In this document: positions 57,861-64,000 of the stretch, in pieces
Layout of the letters: each line of letters opens with the position of its first letter
How positions within the stretch are numbered: position 1 is the first letter of the stretch
DNA from: a bacterium
GTDB lineage: Bacteria > Patescibacteriota > Andersenbacteria > UBA10190
Direction: 5' to 3'
Length of the DNA: 64,000 bases
Assembly (NCBI GenBank): GCA_043811915.1
Contig: JBDRMS010000001.1
Location: 14,499 to 78,498, forward strand
The notes under the pieces: generated by a model
Seen by the model: the letters and a program-made list of their open reading frames with translations, nothing else
Told to the model about the DNA's origin: nothing
Database searches by the model: none
Position numbers and translations under genes: made by a program

Positions 57861-58763
57861 TTAAATGATGATGTTTAATATCGCTTGAGGTAATTCGGGG
57901 ATGAGAATGAAAAGAATAGCCACCCCGGCCAGGAAGGGGCCGAAGGGAACGGGAGTTTTCATGTTGGCGCGGCCAGTGAGGAGGAGAAAGGCACCGACTG
58001 CCCCGCCGGAAATAAAAGCAGGGAAGAGCAGCGTGATAGTACCGATTGGTCCAAACAACGCGCCTAGAGGAAGCATGAGTTTGACGTCGCCCAGGCCGAT
58101 GCCGCGGCCGCGGGTGATAAGCCAGAGAAACGCCAGGACCCCGGAGCCGATGGTCATACCCAGCAGGGCAGTAATTAGGCTATAAGCTGTGGGCTGTAGG
58201 CTGTAGTTTATAAAGAGAGATAACACTACAACCACGGCCAGGATGATGATAAAAATATCTGGCAGGAGCATAGTGCGCAGATCAATGACGAAAAGGATAA
58301 TCAGTAAGGCAATGCTGATAAGGCTTAAAACTGCGATAGCGAAAGCGGCTGATGTTGCAGGCAGAGGAGTGAACAAAATTAAAGTGAAGACACCTATGGC
58401 CAGTTCTAAGAGCGGGTATTGCAAGGATATTTGGTTATGGCAAGTGCGGCAGCGGCCACGCAGGAAGATGAAAGACAAAATAGGAATAAGCTCCGGCCAG
58501 GCTAATTTTTTGTGACAGAAGGGACAATGTGAGCGGCCGCGCAAAATGCCGGCCTCCTCCCAGCCTTCGCCAGAGGCTTCGGCGGGCAAGGCAACCCTTG
58601 GTGTTTTTCCGTTAACACCAAGGGTTTTCCCGGCGCCTGTTTTCCCGGCCGACGACGACGCTTGACTGGCTTGCTTTACACTTTTGTTGCGCAATATGAC
58701 GACATTCAAAAAGCTGCCCAGGGCAGCACCAAAAATAAAAGCAAAAATTGCGCTTAGGGGCAT
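57861..58763 (-). CDS. pilD: Type IV prepilin peptidase (A24 family)
   Basis: ATG 58763 (ORF-track start is TTG); N-terminal CxxC...CxxC zinc region, polytopic peptidase core with conserved Asp residues. Confidence 0.8.
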   Translation of the reverse strand: MPLSAIFAFIFGAALGSFLNVVILRNKSVKQASQASSSAGKTGAGKTLGVNGKTPRVALPAEASGEGWEEAGILRGRSHCPFCHKKLAWPELIPILSFIFLRGRCRTCHNQISLQYPLLELAIGVFTLILFTPLPATSAAFAIAVLSLISIALLIILFVIDLRTMLLPDIFIIILAVVVVLSLFINYSLQPTAYSLITALLGMTIGSGVLAFLWLITRGRGIGLGDVKLMLPLGALFGPIGTITLLFPAFISGGAVGAFLLLTGRANMKTPVPFGPFLAGVAILFILIPELPQAILNIII

Positions 58764-59185
58764 ATGAAAGGAGCTTCTTCCGGACAAGGACCGGAAGAAA
58801 TTTTGAACTCAACGCTAGCGTCGGCGCAGTAATATTTGTTGGGATTGCTTTTAAAGGGCGCGCTGACGCAGTACTGCTGTACTTCGCTGTCACGAATAAT
58901 TATATTTTCACCGGCTATACCGACTTCCTGAATGTCACTGGTTAATATATTCAGGCTGGTCTGGATGCTGGCGTCACTGGACCAGTTAAGAAAGCTGCCG
59001 TTTTGACCGTTGTACACTATTTCGGCCAGCCAGCGCATTTGCCGAACGTCGTTGCGGACGCGGGCGTCGTCGGCTTTGTCCCGACCGTTTTTAGCGGCGG
59101 CAAAAACGAGCGAGGTGAGGATGCCGATGATAGCTATAACAACTAGAAGTTCTATTAGGGTAAACCCGTTAGAAACGATCTTCAT
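58754..59185 (-). CDS. Type IV pilin
   Basis: Leader MKIVSNG|[16 protein letters not shown] with E+5; C-terminal Cys pair. Confidence 0.75.
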   Translation of the reverse strand: MKIVSNGFTLIELLVVIAIIGILTSLVFAAAKNGRDKADDARVRNDVRQMRWLAEIVYNGQNGSFLNWSSDASIQTSLNILTSDIQEVGIAGENIIIRDSEVQQYCVSAPFKSNPNKYYCADASVEFKISSGPCPEEAPFICP

Positions 59186-59284
59186 ATCTAATGCTGATTA
59201 TCATATCACACAAGATATATATTGTTATTAAAACAAAACGCTCCCTGCTAAAACAGGTGAGCGTTTTACATCCCGGATTAAACC

Positions 59285-59746
59285 TTATGGCCCACAAACT
59301 CCAGCTGCACATGTGCCAGCCGAACTTTCTTTAGTAACGCCTGTACTGTCAACACAGATTTCATTTCCGTTTAACATTGTGGCCATGACACAGAATGCTG
59401 AAGTAGTGCTGGTGGCGGTAATGGCGGCACTTGCATTAGCGTCAATTATGTCGGTTCGCAACGTGGAGACTGAAGAAGAAGTGGCTGCGTCACCACAGTC
59501 AAGTGTTGTTGGAGCTGAGAAGCAATCCTGAACGCTAGGGTCAGTGCCTGTTGCTCCATAACTGGAACCACCGGTGTCGTAGATAATCTCGGCCAAGGTG
59601 CGTAGTTGCCCTATGTCGGCTTTGACACGCGCGTCATTGGCTTTGTCACGGGCATTGCCCAAAGCAACAAGGACCAGGGCGGCGAGGATGCCGATAATGG
59701 CGATAACAACCAGCAACTCAATTAGGGTAAAACCTTTACTCTTCAT
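59285..59746 (-). CDS. Type IV pilin
   Basis: Leader MKSKG|[18 protein letters not shown]; strong SD GGAGGTGA; C-terminal Cys pairs. Confidence 0.75.
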   Translation of the reverse strand: MKSKGFTLIELLVVIAIIGILAALVLVALGNARDKANDARVKADIGQLRTLAEIIYDTGGSSYGATGTDPSVQDCFSAPTTLDCGDAATSSSVSTLRTDIIDANASAAITATSTTSAFCVMATMLNGNEICVDSTGVTKESSAGTCAAGVCGP

Positions 59747-59833
59747 ATATCCTCACCTCCTCTCACAATGTAAATATGTCTATTTTTCCACATACGACCT
59801 GTAAATTAGTGTAACACAGATAAAAGAAGAGTG

Positions 59834-60892
59834 TTATGGCGGCGAGGTAAAGTAGGGAGCGGCAGCTTCTCTGGAAATCAGGCCGGAGTCGATTAGTGAT
59901 TGCAGACTGGCATCGAGCGTTTGCATGCCAAGTTCCGAGCTGGTTTGAATGATACCAAGAATCTGATGAATATTATCTTCGCGAATGGTGGTGCGAATAG
60001 CGGGACTGGCCAGCATGATCTCGACCGCGGGCACCCGACCACTCTCCTTTTGAGGCAGCAGACGCTGGGAAATAACGCCGGACAGGGCTGCAGACAGTTG
60101 AGAGCGAATTTGTGACTGTTGACCGGCCGGGAACGAGTCAATAATGCGTTCCACGGTTTGGGCAGCATCGTTAGTGTGCAGGGTCGAAAAAACCAGGTGC
60201 CCGGTTTCGGCTAGGGTCATAGCGGCAGACATGGATTCAGGCTCGCGCAGCTCGCCAATTAAAATGATGTTGGGGTCCTGGCGCAAAGTGGATTTTATGG
60301 CTTCAAGAAAAGAAGGAGCGTCGCGTCCGATCTCCCGCTGATCAATAATAGACATGCTGTCTTTGAACTGATATTCAATCGGGTCTTCGATAGTAATGAT
60401 GTGTTCGCGGCGATATTGATTGATGTGATTTATCAGGGCAGCCAGAGTGGTTGATTTACCGTGACCGGCCGGGCCGACAGCTAAAACAAATCCCTGCTTT
60501 AGTTCAGCAAATTGCAAAATGTGGGCGGGAAGATTGAGCTCCTCGATGCTGCGAATATTGCTGGGTATCAGCCGCAGGGCGGCGGACAGTCCGCCGGTGC
60601 GGAAAAAAACATTGATTCGAAAGCGAGCACCATCGGGCAGAGAGTAAGAAAAGTCTGTTTGCTGCTTTTGAGATAATTGCCGATCGGCTCGCTCGTTGGC
60701 GCCAATCAGCTTTTTGATCATGTCCTGGGTTTCTACCTCCGTAAGTAGCTGTTCGCCGACGGGCCCGAGCTTTCCGTCGATGCGGAAAAACGGCGGCCGG
60801 TCAGGCGAAATGTGCACATCAGAAGCACCAGCTTCTTTAGCTTCCCGCAACAGGTCGTCTATCCGGCGATGAGGGGCGGCTTCCTTTGGCAT
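59834..60892 (-). CDS. pilT: Type IV pilus retraction ATPase PilT
   Basis: Walker A VGPAGHGKSTT, Asp box, Walker B, His box; 352 aa (PilT/PilU size). Confidence 0.85.
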   Translation of the reverse strand: MPKEAAPHRRIDDLLREAKEAGASDVHISPDRPPFFRIDGKLGPVGEQLLTEVETQDMIKKLIGANERADRQLSQKQQTDFSYSLPDGARFRINVFFRTGGLSAALRLIPSNIRSIEELNLPAHILQFAELKQGFVLAVGPAGHGKSTTLAALINHINQYRREHIITIEDPIEYQFKDSMSIIDQREIGRDAPSFLEAIKSTLRQDPNIILIGELREPESMSAAMTLAETGHLVFSTLHTNDAAQTVERIIDSFPAGQQSQIRSQLSAALSGVISQRLLPQKESGRVPAVEIMLASPAIRTTIREDNIHQILGIIQTSSELGMQTLDASLQSLIDSGLISREAAAPYFTSPP

Positions 60893-61293
60893 TATTTCCT
60901 GTTTTTGGCGGCAAGTACTTTGGCTATCTTGTCGACCACTTCGGTAGGAGTGTAATGAGCTTTAATTATGTAATCGTCGGCGCCTAGTTGTATGCCACGC
61001 TCTACATCCGGTTTTTGGCCAAGATTAGTGAGAAGGATGACGGGGATGTTTTTAGTGCGATCGCTGGAGCGCAAATTCTCAAGGATTTCAAAACCGTCGC
61101 GTTTGGGCAAAACAATGTCTAATAGAACAAGGTCTGGTAGAGGATCCTGCTCCAGACGCTGGCCGGCAGTCTCGCCATTATCGATGACCTCAACGGCATA
61201 ACCAAGATTGGTTAACTTTGTCTCATACATGCCGGAGATGAAAGAGTCGTCTTCGACCAAAAGGATGGAGATATTCTTTTTGTCTTCTGTCAT
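60892..61293 (-). CDS. Stand-alone response-regulator receiver domain (CheY-like)
   Basis: ILLVEDD, phospho-acceptor Asp in LVLLDIVLP, conserved T and K (ILLTNLG...IIKAHYTP). Confidence 0.8.
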   Translation of the reverse strand: MTEDKKNISILLVEDDSFISGMYETKLTNLGYAVEVIDNGETAGQRLEQDPLPDLVLLDIVLPKRDGFEILENLRSSDRTKNIPVILLTNLGQKPDVERGIQLGADDYIIKAHYTPTEVVDKIAKVLAAKNRK

Positions 61294-61315
61294 GTGTTTA
61301 TATTAGCATATATTG

Positions 61316-63037
61316 TCAGGAGGTGGCACTGATTACGTCCCGATAGCTAACCAGGCCAGCCAGGGCTTTGAGTAGGCCGTCCTGGCGCAGAGAAAGGTGG
61401 CCTTTGCGGCGAATAAGAGGTACGAGACTGGCACAGTCGTCTTTGTTGGCAATGGCGGTGCGCAGTTCCTGGAAAACAGGGACTACTTCGAAGAGGCCAA
61501 TTTGCCCTTGAGTTTTGCGCTCGTGGCAGGCGGGACAGCCGGCACTGCTGGAAAAGGAAAGTTTACGGGGCAGGCGAAGTTCATCGCGAGTGGCTTTGGA
61601 GATATTTTTTAGTTCGGCCTGAATTTCCAGCTTTAACTCGCGGGGAATAGGCTCGGGGAGAGCACATGCCTGGCATAGTTTAGGTACCAGGCGTTGGGCA
61701 ACCAGCAAACGCAGGCTGGAGGCAACAAGATGGGAGCCAAGGTCAAGATTAATCAAGTGTGAAATAGTGCTAATAGCATCGGAAGCGTGGCAGGTGGAAA
61801 GAATAAGGTGGTTGGCCGCGGCCTTAACGACCAGCCCCGCAGTGGCACTGTCAAAAAGTTTACTAACCATGATGATGTCGATATCTTGTTGTAATAAGTT
61901 TTGCAGAACCACGGTTGCAGTTAACCCCTGTGCTGACTGGAGTTGAGTTTGATTAATGCCTGATATCTCGTATTCGACAGGGTCTTCAAGAGTGGCGATG
62001 TTGACGTCGGACTTGTTGAGAAGAGACAGAGCGGTAAATAAGAAGGTTGCTTTACCGGAGCCGGCCGGACCGGCAACAATAATCAAGCCATCGCGAGCTG
62101 ATAAATGTTTTTTGACCAGATCCAGTTGTGTATTGGAAAGACCCAGTTCGCTTAGAGTAGGGGCTGGTTTGGAGATATCGATAAGGCGCAGGGTGACTCT
62201 TTCCCCGGCTACGGTGGGCATAAAAGAGGCGTGGATACTGTATGATTGACCGTCGATGGGTAGAACAAAGCGTCCTTGTTGAGGCAGGTTAGATTGACTG
62301 ACGCGGACGTTGGACAAAATTTTAATGCGGGAAGTAATAGCAGGCAGCGACTCCATAGGCAGCAACAAGGTAGTGGAGAGTTGATGATCAATACGGTAGC
62401 GAACACGAAATTCTTTGTTGCCGGGCTCAATGTGAACGTCGGAGGCTAGGCCCTCTATGGCCAAACGGATGATGACGGCCACAATTTTGTTGATAGGGGC
62501 GCTGACCAGGACATCGTGAAGCTTGTCTTTGTCTCTGGGTACGTTTTCTGCCCGAAGTACTTCCTGCCCAAAGTCGCGTAAGGTTTGTTTGATGTTGTTT
62601 TGGGATGGCGCTCGCAGTACTGCCTCAATATTTTCCGGTGAAGCGCAGTATAGTTCTGGAATAAGAGAGCGCCTGCTGGCGATAAAGCGTACGGCTTCCA
62701 GGACCTGATAATCATCGGGTGAGGCCATAGCGACTTGTAATTTGCCGTTTTGTTGTCCAAAAGCAACAAACTGGTAAGTAGTGGCCGCACGCTGCGAAAT
62801 ACCACTCATGGCTGTATCGTCGATCTCAACTACTTTAAGGTCAACATAGGGCACACCGAGAAAAGCGGCTTTGAGCTGGGCTAATGGTTCAGGGAAAACA
62901 AGCTTTTCGGCGCGGATTACCTCTTCGAGAGTTTTTTTCTGTTCAATGGCGAGGCGCTGGACGTGTTCAAGCTGGGCGGGCTTGAGTAAGCCATGCTCTA
63001 GCAACAATTCTTCGAAGTTTGGTTTTTGCCGGGACAT
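61316..63037 (-). CDS. pilB: Type IV pilus assembly ATPase PilB (GspE family)
   Basis: N-terminal T2SE_N domain, Walker A GPAGSGKAT, tetracysteine (CQAC...CPAC); 573 aa. Confidence 0.85.
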   Translation of the reverse strand: MSRQKPNFEELLLEHGLLKPAQLEHVQRLAIEQKKTLEEVIRAEKLVFPEPLAQLKAAFLGVPYVDLKVVEIDDTAMSGISQRAATTYQFVAFGQQNGKLQVAMASPDDYQVLEAVRFIASRRSLIPELYCASPENIEAVLRAPSQNNIKQTLRDFGQEVLRAENVPRDKDKLHDVLVSAPINKIVAVIIRLAIEGLASDVHIEPGNKEFRVRYRIDHQLSTTLLLPMESLPAITSRIKILSNVRVSQSNLPQQGRFVLPIDGQSYSIHASFMPTVAGERVTLRLIDISKPAPTLSELGLSNTQLDLVKKHLSARDGLIIVAGPAGSGKATFLFTALSLLNKSDVNIATLEDPVEYEISGINQTQLQSAQGLTATVVLQNLLQQDIDIIMVSKLFDSATAGLVVKAAANHLILSTCHASDAISTISHLINLDLGSHLVASSLRLLVAQRLVPKLCQACALPEPIPRELKLEIQAELKNISKATRDELRLPRKLSFSSSAGCPACHERKTQGQIGLFEVVPVFQELRTAIANKDDCASLVPLIRRKGHLSLRQDGLLKALAGLVSYRDVISATS

Positions 63038-63052
63038 ATATTAGCTATTATA

Positions 63053-63901
63053 CTACAGCACGGATAATTTACTGCGAGCTAAACCGACAGCGACGGCTAA
63101 CAGCGGACCCAAATTAACTAACTTCCCTTCCAACCCTTCCTGGAAGGACAAAGATTGCCAGGGGTTGCTGATGGATGGCTGGTGTCCAAATTGTTTTATC
63201 CAGCGGTTTTTAAATGAGGCCAGGTTTATCCCCCCGCCAACCAGTATGGTTTTGGTTACGCGTAAGCCAGCAGCAATATGTTCAACTTCCTGAAAAAGGG
63301 AGTCAATAGATTGAGAGCCACCTGGAATAGTGCTTGAAGAGCAGGGAAAACCATGTTTGATGAGATGCAATGTTGTTTCCTGCCCGCCAATATTGCAAAA
63401 AATGGTGTTTTGTCCGGTATTTATCGTGTGTGTGCGCATAAGCGAAAAAATTTCTGCTTCGGTACCGACCAACTTGAGACCGAGACGTTCGGCCAGGCGG
63501 CGATATTGGGCAATGACTGTCTTGGCGGTGGCGACCAGATAAACACCATCCGGCTGTTTGTACCAGGCGAGCTCGACGTCATCAAGGGACAAAGGTACTA
63601 CCTCGCGGGCTTTGAATTTTACGGCGGCAGCCAGTTCATCCTCCGGCAAATCGGGCAAAGTAAGTTTGACACAAAAAATTGCCTTGTTAGGTAAAGATAT
63701 AATCAGATCATCAGCCGAAGTCTGGGCTGCTTCCAGCATGCGGGAAATGATGGCGCCGGTTTTGATTGATCGGGTCCGTGGAGCGTAGGCATAAGTGGAA
63801 AGCTCGTGTCTTTTACCACGATCAAGAAGCTCGACGAGCTTAATGTTAGTAGTTCCAATATCGAGCCCCAGATAGGCTCGAGGAATTCCAAGGAGAGCCA
63901 T
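63053..63901 (-). CDS. pilM: Type IV pilus assembly protein PilM (actin-like ATPase fold)
   Basis: LGLDIGTTNIKLVEL N-terminal phosphate-1 motif; AAGGAG SD; 282 aa. Confidence 0.8.
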   Translation of the reverse strand: MALLGIPRAYLGLDIGTTNIKLVELLDRGKRHELSTYAYAPRTRSIKTGAIISRMLEAAQTSADDLIISLPNKAIFCVKLTLPDLPEDELAAAVKFKAREVVPLSLDDVELAWYKQPDGVYLVATAKTVIAQYRRLAERLGLKLVGTEAEIFSLMRTHTINTGQNTIFCNIGGQETTLHLIKHGFPCSSSTIPGGSQSIDSLFQEVEHIAAGLRVTKTILVGGGINLASFKNRWIKQFGHQPSISNPWQSLSFQEGLEGKLVNLGPLLAVAVGLARSKLSVL

Positions 63902-64000
63902 ATGATTAAAGTGTTGCCTACTTTATCTTAAGTAGTGTACCATAGAGTTGCTATGGGAATAGTTTGGGTAATATTAGCTGTTGTAGTGGTGATTGCCGCG

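Noticed and set aside
63953-64000. Partial + strand ORF MGIVWVILAVVVVIAA... at the window end
   Set aside because: Only 16 codons visible and a weak SD; cannot be supported.

Overview
This 64 kb window is gene-dense and coded on both strands. It looks like a small-genome bacterium of the Patescibacteria/CPR type, but that is inference from gene content only (archaeal-type TyrRS, pyruvoyl ArgDC, many pilins, sortase, many membrane-anchored hypotheticals).

Core informational genes I can support from the sequence:
- rplL-rplJ, and separately secE-nusG-rplK-rplA; rpmG with tRNA-Trp at a third locus.
- tsf-rpsB, rpmE-prfA-prmC, rplY, dnaE, thrS, miaA, gatB, dcd-dut, gyrB, pheS-pheT, gpmI, ligA-gatC-gatA, tyrS.
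- Eight tRNA or tRNA-like genes: Trp-CCA, Thr-GGT, Thr-TGT, Tyr-GTA, Asp-GTC, and two CAT-anticodon species.
- Cell-envelope genes: MltG, ManC, RodA/FtsW, a sortase, a CAP-domain protein, and a type IV pilus cluster (pilD, two pilins, pilT, a receiver domain, pilB, pilM) plus a stray pilin.

Non-core observations:
1. A ~7.8 kb putative integrative element abuts tRNA-Tyr. It carries a large serine recombinase, a P-loop replication-like protein, a lone small-terminase homolog and secreted/unknown cargo, which is a phage-satellite-like (PICI-like) layout.
2. The tyrS gene is archaeal-type and sits near a tRNA-Tyr with the archaeal C1:G72 pair and a short variable arm.
3. A 62-aa histone-fold protein has its own promoter and SD.
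4. A pyruvoyl-dependent arginine decarboxylase is present.
5. An IS200-like Y1 (RAYT-type) transposase is flanked by inverted hairpin repeats.
6. Two thymidylate-kinase paralogs sit in tandem; the second has lost its P-loop lysine.
7. Several short tandem repeats occur, one of them a 7-bp unit inside the prmC coding region.

No CRISPR array and no rRNA were seen. All annotations come from reading the translations and sequence by eye; no database searches were run.
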